IMG/VR virus record: IMGVR_UViG_3300031669_000019
Strand: one strand, 5' to 3'
From: an uncultured virus (IMG/VR IMGVR_UViG_3300031669_000019)
Lineage: Duplodnaviria; Heunggongvirae; Uroviricota; Caudoviricetes
Length of the DNA stretch: 64,000 bases
This document shows positions 46,737 through 56,042 of this stretch, in pieces. The notes beneath the pieces are model-generated. The model saw only the letters and a program-made list of their open reading frames with translations, was not told where the DNA came from and made no database searches. Position 1 is the first letter of the stretch, and each line of letters opens with the position of its first letter. Made by a program: the position numbers and the translations under genes.

Positions 46737-48112
46737 TTCTTTACTCCTTCAGGCAGAATCCATTTTGATCGTTCCGTATTTCCACCGGCTTGATTTATCA
46801 ACCGTATGAATTTATTTATATTATACTCAATATCGATTGGATTTATATGTATCAGTTTCCCTTTCTTGCATTGTGGGCACTCTTCGCCTCCGTGGTCAAT
46901 AATGTCATTTGCCGATATCATTATTGTACAGGCATCACATTTATATTTGGCAAACATTAGATACATATAATTCAACAATTCAAATTCCGGCTTGTCTGAT
47001 TCAATGAATTTAACTCCATTTTTGGCTTCAACCACAAAAGCACCAACAGAAGCCAAATATCTTTCCACGGCCAAGGAAATAAATTGTGGCGTTTGTTTAT
47101 TGACATTCAATCCTTGGGATTTTACTACTGACTCAATAGATTTATATGGAATTTCCGTTATAGATCCATGATCGGTAGTATAAACCGTTTGATTGGACAA
47201 GCGCCATGCCGACAGCATGTTCTTTTTATAATATAAATGTATTTCGTCAGTAAACAATCCATTGTTGGTTTTTATCATTTTATCGTTTTTAACAAATGGG
47301 TGCTCATGCTTTTCCCACTTGTTTTCTTTTACTGCTATTGTTCCGCTGTCCTCTTTGAATAAATCATTATCAGCTGGAATCCATTTTGAATTTATAGTAT
47401 AATTTGTGAATCTGTCTTTATCCTCGTGATATGCAAAATCAACACCACATAAAAATATATTTCCATATCCAAGAAAAGCCGCCATGAACATCTGTACTGG
47501 TGGGGAACAAGAAAAAACCACAATCTCGGTTGGAATATAATAAATGAATGTCGGCGCTCGCATACCACGCCCAGAGTCTTCTCTATGTGAGTACATTCTT
47601 TTTTGTGTAGTGGCATAAAAAGAAGTCGGATCACCAAGGTTTTGTAAATACAACAATATTTCATTTGGCCAATTTTCCAACAATGACGGCCAAATACCTG
47701 GATGAGCAATCAATTTGGTTTTTGTTTTACTCCAATCAATACCTTTTATTTCGTCATAAGTACAAAATGGATCAAGCGCTACTATATGCGTCGGTTCAAT
47801 TCCGTGATACATCAATGTCAAGGCATGGGAAGTTGTACAAAATATTCCACCTTTCCAATCCTTCAAAAACTGTATAGAATAATCCAGCGATGGCCCTGAA
47901 CCTAAAATTATTGCTGAAGTTTTATTTACTTTGGGCTCTAGCGAAATATCCCTGGCACGATTGTTTTTTATTGCGTCGATTATTACATGATGATTATATG
48001 CAGTATTTATTTCCTCATGGATCAATTGCTTGGCTAAAGTTCCTTGATTATATTTGGATGAATCGGAACGGATTGTTGCTTCATCCCTTAAAGATTCTTT
48101 TATCTCACTCAT
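46733..48112 (-). CDS. Maf / MAF_flag10 (DUF115) family putative nonulosonate glycosyltransferase
   Basis: AIILGSGPSL, GIEP.HIVALDP, FLGYGNIFLCGVDFAY; C-terminal CxxC..CxxC. Confidence 0.8.
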   Translation of the reverse strand: MSEIKESLRDEATIRSDSSKYNQGTLAKQLIHEEINTAYNHHVIIDAIKNNRARDISLEPKVNKTSAIILGSGPSLDYSIQFLKDWKGGIFCTTSHALTLMYHGIEPTHIVALDPFCTYDEIKGIDWSKTKTKLIAHPGIWPSLLENWPNEILLYLQNLGDPTSFYATTQKRMYSHREDSGRGMRAPTFIYYIPTEIVVFSCSPPVQMFMAAFLGYGNIFLCGVDFAYHEDKDRFTNYTINSKWIPADNDLFKEDSGTIAVKENKWEKHEHPFVKNDKMIKTNNGLFTDEIHLYYKKNMLSAWRLSNQTVYTTDHGSITEIPYKSIESVVKSQGLNVNKQTPQFISLAVERYLASVGAFVVEAKNGVKFIESDKPEFELLNYMYLMFAKYKCDACTIMISANDIIDHGGEECPQCKKGKLIHINPIDIEYNINKFIRLINQAGGNTERSKWILPEGVKK

Positions 48113-48996
48113 AAATCAAAGCCCTCCATTATTTTTTTATCAAGCAATTGTTTACTATTTCCAAATAAAGGCAAGCTATTATTTTCATTTATTTCAACTA
48201 TTTTTCTAAATTCTCTCGCGTATCTAGTATAAACTTCCATGCCACGGCCTTTTAAAATAAACTCTTCCATAAGCATTTCACATACCCGGAAATAATAATC
48301 ATAATCAGTTTCAAAACATTGCCATGGTTCTACGGAATAAGCTAATATTTCTTTACGACCATCAAATATTATGGAATCTAAATTAGCGTCAATAGTGGAA
48401 TCAAATTTTGGTTGGTTTTCCCATATCCGCATTAAATAATCTTTTTTAGCTATACCCCAACCACCGCATATTTTAGAATGGTTCCAAGATTTATCCGCTA
48501 TTTTTCTTATAACGTGGTAAGGCACGTTATAATTTGTAGTCATATCCTCAACATTTTTAAATATAAAACATTCCCTATCCGGGGACATTGTTGCCATTTC
48601 CGGTTCTTTATTTACTAATAGACTATTTATAAATAAAAACGATTTAATCATGTTATCTAAATCATCAACCTTTTTAAGCGGAGAAGTTGGAAGCATAGAA
48701 ACTATATGATCTGGATTTATATTTTCTTTTTCCAATTCATGAATAGCGTGGGCAAACGGTACACCAGCCGTGGTATCATTATCCCATACAGGGCGTCGTA
48801 CCACTTTCGCTCCATATTTAATTCCTATTTCTGCTATTTCATCATCATCCGTGGTAAGCACCGTCTCGTCTATCAACCGCGAGCAGCGAGATTGCATAAT
48901 GCTCCACGCAACTAATGGATGGCCGCAAAATATTTTTGCGTTTTTCCTTGGAAGTCTAATGGAACCGCCACGTGCCGTTATCAATCCTAAAATCAT
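48109..48996 (-). CDS. Acylneuraminate (nonulosonate) cytidylyltransferase, NeuA/PseF-like
   Basis: ITARGGSIRLPRKN, TTDDDEI, V.RRP, PTSPL. Confidence 0.9.
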   Translation of the reverse strand: MILGLITARGGSIRLPRKNAKIFCGHPLVAWSIMQSRCSRLIDETVLTTDDDEIAEIGIKYGAKVVRRPVWDNDTTAGVPFAHAIHELEKENINPDHIVSMLPTSPLKKVDDLDNMIKSFLFINSLLVNKEPEMATMSPDRECFIFKNVEDMTTNYNVPYHVIRKIADKSWNHSKICGGWGIAKKDYLMRIWENQPKFDSTIDANLDSIIFDGRKEILAYSVEPWQCFETDYDYYFRVCEMLMEEFILKGRGMEVYTRYAREFRKIVEINENNSLPLFGNSKQLLDKKIMEGFDL

Positions 48997-49008
48997 TTTG
49001 TACTCCTT

Positions 49009-49344
49009 TTAAATACGTTTTCTATATTTTCCATTTGAATCTACATTGATTACTTTCCAGCCTTCTTTATAAATATCCTCAATAAACAATTCATCAAAAC
49101 GCTCGGCGCGATGAATCCAACAATTATATAGCCAAGCTATTCCTCCATCCTCCAACGTTATTCTTCCCAATAAAGTTTTTTTATTCAAAGCCAATTTTTT
49201 TAATTTTTTAATGCTATTAGGGCATTCATACAACCCATCAAATTTGCCATAACCGACAAAATAAATTTTGTGCTTTTTCTCGTCTATTTTATTCAACACT
49301 ACAGCTACCCGTTCGCCAGGTTCAATTGGATTTACCATATTCAT
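49009..49344 (-). CDS. hypothetical phage protein
   Basis: In operon; FVGYG...ITLEDG...CW. Confidence 0.6.
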   Translation of the reverse strand: MNMVNPIEPGERVAVVLNKIDEKKHKIYFVGYGKFDGLYECPNSIKKLKKLALNKKTLLGRITLEDGGIAWLYNCWIHRAERFDELFIEDIYKEGWKVINVDSNGKYRKRI

Positions 49345-50153
49345 TCTTTTATTGCTCCACCAATACTATCTATGAAATATTTATTTGCCAAAATAAAAAT
49401 AATCAATAATGGAATTAATAAAATCACGCCAACGGCTAACGTTCTACCAATTGGATTTACACCCCGATCACCACCGCCGCGAAGCATAGCGAACCGCATT
49501 AATCCAACTAATAATGTTTGCCGCTCCGGTATTTGTAAAACTAACGCCTGCCAAATATAATCTTGTAAAGCGCTAATAGCAGCGAATACCGATAATACGG
49601 CAATAATAGGTTTAGATATTGGCATTACTATTTTTCTTAGTACTAAAAATTCCGAAGCACCGTCAAGCCGCGCCGATTCCAACAACGATATAGGCACAGT
49701 TTCAAAATAATTCCTAGCTAAATATAATCCGATAGGGGAAAAAACTATTGGCAATATCGTAGCTAATAACGTTCCAGACAAACCTAATTTTTTTATTACT
49801 ACATATAAAGGAATTATAAACGATATACGCGGAACCATTAAACCTAATAATAAGCAGCCCCATAATAGTTTTTTAAATCTAAATTTATAAAAAGCAAAAA
49901 CATATCCGCCACAACTGGAAATAAATACTGATAATATTACCGTAGAAACCGTAACTATTATTGAATTTCCTAGCCACCGAACAAAATCCAATTTAAATAT
50001 TGTTTGATAATTATATAAAGTACTATTAGTAGGAATCAATTGTGGCGGCATTTTCATTACGCCGTGGGTATCTTGAAATGAACCTATAACCATAAAATAA
50101 ATAGGTAGCATCATTATAATAAAAAATAATATTAGAAATATTTTTTTAATCAT
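49341..50153 (-). CDS. Carbohydrate ABC transporter permease (MalG-like)
   Basis: Multiple TMs; EAA motif LLESARLDGAS; GAIKE end. Confidence 0.92.
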   Translation of the reverse strand: MIKKIFLILFFIIMMLPIYFMVIGSFQDTHGVMKMPPQLIPTNSTLYNYQTIFKLDFVRWLGNSIIVTVSTVILSVFISSCGGYVFAFYKFRFKKLLWGCLLLGLMVPRISFIIPLYVVIKKLGLSGTLLATILPIVFSPIGLYLARNYFETVPISLLESARLDGASEFLVLRKIVMPISKPIIAVLSVFAAISALQDYIWQALVLQIPERQTLLVGLMRFAMLRGGGDRGVNPIGRTLAVGVILLIPLLIIFILANKYFIDSIGGAIKE

Positions 50154-50577
50154 CGCTACTACTAATAAAAAAATTAGGAAATATGCCCATATATTTTTCT
50201 ACAAAACAAGAAAAATTTTGAATAACAGCCCTGGGATCAACCTTATCCAAATCTATTTTATATAAATCATTGTAGCGCCAATCTCCCTTTTTATACCATT
50301 CTTCATTTTTTGATAAAGCGAAAGTTTTATCTTGTAATTTTTGATCTGGATCGCTTGAAGCTAAAAAACCTTGCACTAAGCAATCGCATAAATCACGCAT
50401 CGTTATGCCTTTTACTTCTTGCGCGCCGCGCTGACCAGAATCAGTCCACGGTTGCCCATTATAAGGGCGCTCCCTAGAATTATCCCAAGATGTACTGCCA
50501 TCTATAGCATCTAATTCAAATTCTAATTTTTTAATTAAGTCTTTATCATTACCATCTAACATTGGAATTTCGTTCAT
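50146..50577 (-). CDS. hypothetical protein between the two permeases
   Basis: Overlaps both neighbours. Confidence 0.65.
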   Translation of the reverse strand: MNEIPMLDGNDKDLIKKLEFELDAIDGSTSWDNSRERPYNGQPWTDSGQRGAQEVKGITMRDLCDCLVQGFLASSDPDQKLQDKTFALSKNEEWYKKGDWRYNDLYKIDLDKVDPRAVIQNFSCFVEKYMGIFPNFFISSSDD

Positions 50578-51392
50578 TTTTCCACCTTCTTTTTTATCAA
50601 CGATAATACCAAAATTATAATTAATAGTATAACCGCTTCTGCCGAGGCGATTCCATATTTACTAAACATAAAACCTGTTTGATATATTTTAAACGTAATA
50701 GTAGTGGCAAACGTTTGTGGCGCCAACGCATATATATTCTCGAAAATTTGGAAAGCATTTATAGCCGATAATAAACCAATCAAAACAATTACTGGGGATA
50801 TTATCGGAACTATTATTTGCCATTTTATTTGATGCTCACTTGCTCCATCAATCATAGCCGCTTCCAAAATTCCTTTATCGATTGACAATATAGCCGCCAA
50901 TAAAATAATCAAATTTGAACCAAAAGAGGAAAAAATAACAATAAATGAAATTATTGGAATAGCCGTTATGCCTTGTGCAAACCAATTTACAGCTTCTATA
51001 TTGAATATTGATAACAACCAATTGATTGGTCCATCAATATGAAAAATCCATTTCCAAGAACCGGCAATTATTATGCCTGCCGATAAAACCGGAACATATA
51101 AAATAATCCTGGAAATATCTTGCCAGCGTTTATTTAAAGAATAAATAGAAAGTGCCGTAAACAACGCGGCTAGTATTTGACCAGGAACCAATATCAGCGC
51201 ATAAAAAATACTATTTATTATCGATTGTAAAAAATCTGGATCAGTCAAAGCATATATATAATTATCCAACCCAACAAATTTAGTCGTGATGAAATTAGTT
51301 TTATATAAAGAAAGCTTTACCACTTCTGCCAATGGCCAAATCGTGAACATTCCATAGAATCCGACCACCAACAGAAGCAGTAAATTTTTCAT
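50574..51392 (-). CDS. Carbohydrate ABC transporter permease (MalF-like)
   Basis: FVGLDNY; EAAMIDGAS; YGIASA. Confidence 0.92.
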   Translation of the reverse strand: MKNLLLLLVVGFYGMFTIWPLAEVVKLSLYKTNFITTKFVGLDNYIYALTDPDFLQSIINSIFYALILVPGQILAALFTALSIYSLNKRWQDISRIILYVPVLSAGIIIAGSWKWIFHIDGPINWLLSIFNIEAVNWFAQGITAIPIISFIVIFSSFGSNLIILLAAILSIDKGILEAAMIDGASEHQIKWQIIVPIISPVIVLIGLLSAINAFQIFENIYALAPQTFATTITFKIYQTGFMFSKYGIASAEAVILLIIILVLSLIKKKVEK

Positions 51393-51398
51393 CTTACT

Positions 51399-51848
51399 TT
51401 AAAAAACCATTTCAGCCGTTATTGTTATCGGACTCGAATTATCAGCAAGTCCGGCAAAATCATACTCGACTGTAATGGTTGTAAACGGGAGCCCATTGAC
51501 AACCAGCGCCGCAGGAAGCGTAAAAGCAAATATATCAATAAAATTAAACGTTGGCGTCACATAAATTTCCAGCGGGCCAACTACATAATCGACCTTCTGC
51601 GAAATAGATGCAGAAAGCAGTTCCGGGAGAAGAACATCCAGCGAAGCGTCTATTGTGGTAACAGTAGTAAACGCCCCAAGCGTCAACGTTGCGCTAGCAT
51701 TGGGATTTGCTTCAAACGTTACCAGTCCACCATCAGGTTCAACAGTCGCGACATACGTGGAATCACTGGCAAAAACCATGCCATCATCGGCAAAAGCAAT
51801 TGCTCCCATTGAAAGCATTACGCACATGACAAACAGAAATTTCTTCAT
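51399..51848 (-). CDS. Exported beta-rich protein, possible outer-membrane protein
   Basis: Signal peptide (AFA-DD); alternating strands; terminal Phe. Confidence 0.55.
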   Translation of the reverse strand: MKKFLFVMCVMLSMGAIAFADDGMVFASDSTYVATVEPDGGLVTFEANPNASATLTLGAFTTVTTIDASLDVLLPELLSASISQKVDYVVGPLEIYVTPTFNFIDIFAFTLPAALVVNGLPFTTITVEYDFAGLADNSSPITITAEMVF

Positions 51849-51892
51849 ACAAACTCCTTGAAAATTTTGTATTACGGCCTACGGCCTTATAA

Positions 51893-52045
51893 TTACTTTA
51901 TCAACTTCTTGATCTGCTTCAGCTGAACCTCGTCAGCCTTGCCAATCAGCTTCATTTTTCCCTCGCCATCAAGCGTGTATAGTGAAACAATTTCACCGTT
52001 TGTAGGCTCGGGTGCTTCTTTTACAACAACATCAGTTTTCTTCAT
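51893..52045 (-). CDS. 50-aa hypothetical protein (MKKTDVVV...; not in ORF track)
   Basis: AAGGA RBS; flanked by an approximately 30-bp repeat. Confidence 0.5.
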   Translation of the reverse strand: MKKTDVVVKEAPEPTNGEIVSLYTLDGEGKMKLIGKADEVQLKQIKKLIK

Positions 52046-52090
52046 GTAAATTCCTTAGAAAGAATATATTACAGCCCTACGGCTTTATAA

Positions 52091-53353
52091 TTACTTTACC
52101 GCTGAGAGCTTTTTCTGATATAATTTAATCGCATCTTCTGGTGTCATCTTGAAATTCAGTACCTGCTGAAGAATTGGGAACTGCAAAGCACGGCGCTCTG
52201 TAAATCGAGGATCTGTAATGCCAACATCCTGCAAACCGTTAGCAGCTACAATTGCCATGATCTCCTTGGTATGAGGATCGCTCGGGCCATAAATTGCATC
52301 AGAACGATTCGGAATAACGGAAACCAGTTTTGCCAATTCACCCTGAATCCGCGCTCCATTCATATACTCAACCAATCGTGCAGTGACAATATCTTTTTCC
52401 GTGCCGCTATTATAAACAACCATAGCACCATTGGTATAATAAGTCGGAACCTTTTTAACTCCGGGTGTGCGTGGAAATGGCACAAACGTATAATTGAATG
52501 GCTTCTCAATCTGTTTCTGCGTAATAGCGGATTTGAAATATGGCCCTGTCCAATCCTGGAAAAAAGCCGTTGCCGCCAAATTACCGGACTGCCACAAAAC
52601 TGCGTAATCATCATCGGTGAGTGTAGCCGATGATGCAGGAATATACCCGGCTTTCATCAACTGCTGGAAAAAACTGTATACCTGCGCTCCGCCAGTATCG
52701 GCAATCACTGATTTGTCATACCCGGCGCCAGGTTTATAAAAACTAACACCAAATGATGCAAACCACGCATTGATAAGATAATCCCCTGACTGATTGGCAG
52801 CGAACATTCCGGTGGCGTATTTCTTCCCACCATAAAATTTCTTTACCTTTTCTGCCATAACCAAGAAATCATCAACGGTCCAATCCTTCGGAACAGTATA
52901 TTCTATTTCCGTCATCATATCGAGATTCACCAGCATCGCTTGTGCAGAACCTGGGCCGGGCATAGCTAGAAGCTTCCCATCCTTGCGGTAAGCATCAAAT
53001 ACACCAGGATTGTATTTTGATAAATCCCTTATATATTTATCAAGCGGCAAAGCATATTCTGGAATTATATATTTGCTAGCGCGGACCATCGAGTCAATAT
53101 ATAGATTCGGAGCGGTACCGGCAGCAAGCATAGCGTCCATCGTCAAGGTAGAACCATCGGATAAATCTACTTTTGCCCAAGTAATTTTTACATCGGGGAA
53201 ATCCTTTTTGAGCATGGTTTCCGCAATGGTAAAAAGCGTAGTATCACCTAGTACAGTATCACCCGTATGGAGCACAGTTATTGAAACCGGCTCCGCGAAA
53301 GAACTGAAAATAGTACACGCAATCATCAGCATGAACATCAGAAATTTCTTCAT
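52091..53353 (-). CDS. Carbohydrate ABC transporter substrate-binding protein
   Basis: Signal peptide; AAGTAPNL, ALPLDKY, DGKLLAMP, WTVDDF, TPEDA. Confidence 0.9.
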   Translation of the reverse strand: MKKFLMFMLMIACTIFSSFAEPVSITVLHTGDTVLGDTTLFTIAETMLKKDFPDVKITWAKVDLSDGSTLTMDAMLAAGTAPNLYIDSMVRASKYIIPEYALPLDKYIRDLSKYNPGVFDAYRKDGKLLAMPGPGSAQAMLVNLDMMTEIEYTVPKDWTVDDFLVMAEKVKKFYGGKKYATGMFAANQSGDYLINAWFASFGVSFYKPGAGYDKSVIADTGGAQVYSFFQQLMKAGYIPASSATLTDDDYAVLWQSGNLAATAFFQDWTGPYFKSAITQKQIEKPFNYTFVPFPRTPGVKKVPTYYTNGAMVVYNSGTEKDIVTARLVEYMNGARIQGELAKLVSVIPNRSDAIYGPSDPHTKEIMAIVAANGLQDVGITDPRFTERRALQFPILQQVLNFKMTPEDAIKLYQKKLSAVK

Positions 53354-53607
53354 ACAATAACCTCCTGATTTTCCTTTACAAATTTACCACCCGAAATAAT
53401 ATTGATATAAACCGACTCATCACCAAAATACTTGTTCTTACTGACATAATCGCCAACAAAAGCGATCTCGTTGGCAATCAAAATAGCATGTCCATATCCA
53501 GAAACTTCTACCGCTTTGCCCCGCGCCCACGAAGCAATATCATCAATATTATCTTCATGAATACAACGTGCTTCAAATAAAGCATCCTTGTTGCAATACA
53601 TTGGCAT
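53350..53607 (-). CDS. hypothetical phage protein
   Basis: GGAGG RBS; coupled to the SBP gene. Confidence 0.6.
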   Translation of the reverse strand: MPMYCNKDALFEARCIHEDNIDDIASWARGKAVEVSGYGHAILIANEIAFVGDYVSKNKYFGDESVYINIISGGKFVKENQEVIV

Positions 53608-53721
53608 ACAAAATCCTCCTTGTTATTTAGTGGACTATGGCAAATAAAATAAGCATATAAACAGCACCGAAAAGAAAGCCAATAAAAAATTTATTTTTTT
53701 GATCTGGCGTCCAATAGCTTT

Positions 53722-54351
53722 TCATTCACTGCTCCTTTCTACAACTTTGGAAATGCCAGTAGCTTTATTTTGTGAAACTTCAAATATTTTATCCGCTATG
53801 GAAATTATTTCATCATTGTTTACCGAATTAGAACTGATTATAAATTGTAAATTCAATTTTTTAGACAAGCGCTTTATTATTTCAAATCCACGCATCTGCA
53901 ATTCTTTTGGTTGTAGCCATTTCAACGGCTCATCCAATATCAGAACGTTATCGGTATGCCCGAGACTCCATGCTGATATGCGCAACGCGAAAGCGGCCAA
54001 ATCAATAAACCCACCCCCGCTTCCAGTCATTGGATCAATTTCAATTCCATTCTTGAAAAACAACAATTGTGCTTCCGTCCGCCCGTATTTTATTTTGAAA
54101 TCAATGTCAAACGTATAAATATCTGGGAAGCAAGTATCAAGCGCCAACTGCACCAAATCAATTATATTGAATTTCAACTGCTCTTGTGTATCCTTGGCAA
54201 CCATTTGAATAAATGTTTGAGCCTCTTCCAACGCAATAGTACGTTTAGACAACTTAACAAGCTGCACATCCAGATTTGCTTTTTGTTCTTGTAAAGTTTC
54301 AACTTTTCCTTTCAATTTATTCAAACGATCTTTATATATTTGTACGCTCAT
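53722..54351 (-). CDS. SbcC/Rad50 C-terminal half
   Basis: Coiled coil; signature GSGGG; Walker B LILDEP. Confidence 0.85.
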   Translation of the reverse strand: MSVQIYKDRLNKLKGKVETLQEQKANLDVQLVKLSKRTIALEEAQTFIQMVAKDTQEQLKFNIIDLVQLALDTCFPDIYTFDIDFKIKYGRTEAQLLFFKNGIEIDPMTGSGGGFIDLAAFALRISAWSLGHTDNVLILDEPLKWLQPKELQMRGFEIIKRLSKKLNLQFIISSNSVNNDEIISIADKIFEVSQNKATGISKVVERSSE

Positions 54352-54593
54352 TCAACATCATCCCAATCCGTTATTTTTTCCAACGTGTTATATAATTTTT
54401 CGAGCTTCTTTTTATCCTCTTCAATTCCAGATTCTAATTCAGTTACTTTTTCGCTTGCCTCTTCAATAGAATTTATGCCATAATCGCGTTTCCATTGCTC
54501 TTCTATTTTAGCCTTTGCACCTTCGGCGCGGGCTTTCTTTTCTTTGGCGGTTTCTATTTTTTCCTTGATTGCCTGGAATTCTCTGGGTGTCAT
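54348..54593 (-). CDS. Coiled-coil protein (MTPREFQ...)
   Basis: Heptad pattern; coupled to SbcC-C. Confidence 0.65.
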   Translation of the reverse strand: MTPREFQAIKEKIETAKEKKARAEGAKAKIEEQWKRDYGINSIEEASEKVTELESGIEEDKKKLEKLYNTLEKITDWDDVE

Positions 54594-54790
54594 TTTACAA
54601 TCTCCATAATAGATGACTTGGCACAATTTTTACAAACAAGCCTATGCTTGTTTCCAATAAATATTCTACCACAAATAGTGCACTTACAATGATAATTTCC
54701 ATTTTCTTGTTTTGTGTCTTCTTCCCAATCATATTTAGAATAGAAAGTTTCAAAAGGGCTAATTATTACTTGTGATTCTCTGGGTGTCAT
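54590..54790 (-). CDS. Zn-finger protein (MTPRESQ...)
   Basis: CTIC...CKNC. Confidence 0.6.
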   Translation of the reverse strand: MTPRESQVIISPFETFYSKYDWEEDTKQENGNYHCKCTICGRIFIGNKHRLVCKNCAKSSIMEIVK

Positions 54791-54792
54791 AA

Positions 54793-54987
54793 TTATTTTC
54801 TCCCATATATAATCAATATAATACCAGAACTTATCGGCCAAAATACAATGCAAAACAATAAAATAATAATTAAACTGACATCTTTTTTAACAAGTTTGAA
54901 TCTGGCATCAACCAGGATAGCTCCAAAAATGATTCCGGCAATAAAAAAATATGTGCTGAATATACAAATCCATATGGAATTACTCAT
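54793..54987 (-). CDS. small 2-TM membrane protein
   Basis: Hydrophobic; FWP motif. Confidence 0.55.
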   Translation of the reverse strand: MSNSIWICIFSTYFFIAGIIFGAILVDARFKLVKKDVSLIIILLFCIVFWPISSGIILIIYGRK

Positions 54988-55162
54988 CTGCTTTTATCTC
55001 TTTGTCGATTATCCGCAATACGTCATCTATGAACATTATTTTTCCGGTTTTATCCAATTGAAATAAATCGGTATCTTTATTAAAAGAATATCTGTCAGCT
55101 TCATTTATTTTTTTAATGAGTTTTTTTGCTTTTATATACTTGCTTTTTGCTACGTCATTCAT
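54980..55162 (-). CDS. hypothetical protein
   Basis: Overlaps neighbours. Confidence 0.55.
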   Translation of the reverse strand: MNDVAKSKYIKAKKLIKKINEADRYSFNKDTDLFQLDKTGKIMFIDDVLRIIDKEIKADE

Positions 55163-56042
55163 TTGAATTCTCCATCAATTCCCGTATTTCTTTTATCGTA
55201 GCCTTGCTCAAATTATTGTTTTTTTCCAAAGCCACATTTATATTGTCAATAAACGACAAACTTATTTTTCCGCTTTTCTTCACGCCTTCCACAAATGCTC
55301 CAACTCTATTCTCTCGCTCTTCCTCTATTTTTATATAGCTATCATCTACCAATTTTATATTGACATCCGGCAATTCTATTTCTTCAACAATATTCTTTTC
55401 CGTGTCTACATAATATATTATAGGTTTGTAATCGATGAAATCCGAAGCCTGCCTGATAATACAACCGGGATTTACAACGTGCCGCCCTTTTTTCTCGTAA
55501 TGGAAATGCTTGTGCATATCGCCAGTAAAGATCCATTTGGCGTTTGGGAATTCATTCAACAAATCTTGCGCCGTGCAAGCCTTCACATTCGGTGGCAACG
55601 ATTTCAAATTCTCGAACACCAACCGGTGAAGAAATTGTATTTCTTGATCAGGACTTTCTGGCTCTTCATTAAAATGCGCCCAAGAACCTAAATCATCAAA
55701 ATATTTTATCTTGTCACCAATGATTGAATTAACTATTCCAAACGATGAACTATTAACATTCTCCCACGAATGATATGGCAAATCATGGTTGCCAGCCAAA
55801 AGCCTTACGCCTTTTTTGACTTGCAACATATAGCGCAAAAACATGGCAGTAATATAATTAGGAACATTAGGACTTTCTTTCCCAAATACATCGCCAATTA
55901 TACTCAACAAACAATTTCTTTTATTTGCTTCTTCAACAATAAATTTAATGGTTGCTTCCTGAAATCCCAACCAATCGTCATCGATTCGACAGCGTGGTCT
56001 ATCCGGCCTTAAATGTAGATCGGCAGTTATTATACTTTTCAT
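55155..56042 (-). CDS. sbcD: SbcD/Mre11-like metallophosphoesterase nuclease
   Basis: ADLH, GDVF, GNHD, GDMH, NPG. Confidence 0.9.
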   Translation of the reverse strand: MKSIITADLHLRPDRPRCRIDDDWLGFQEATIKFIVEEANKRNCLLSIIGDVFGKESPNVPNYITAMFLRYMLQVKKGVRLLAGNHDLPYHSWENVNSSSFGIVNSIIGDKIKYFDDLGSWAHFNEEPESPDQEIQFLHRLVFENLKSLPPNVKACTAQDLLNEFPNAKWIFTGDMHKHFHYEKKGRHVVNPGCIIRQASDFIDYKPIIYYVDTEKNIVEEIELPDVNIKLVDDSYIKIEEERENRVGAFVEGVKKSGKISLSFIDNINVALEKNNNLSKATIKEIRELMENSNE

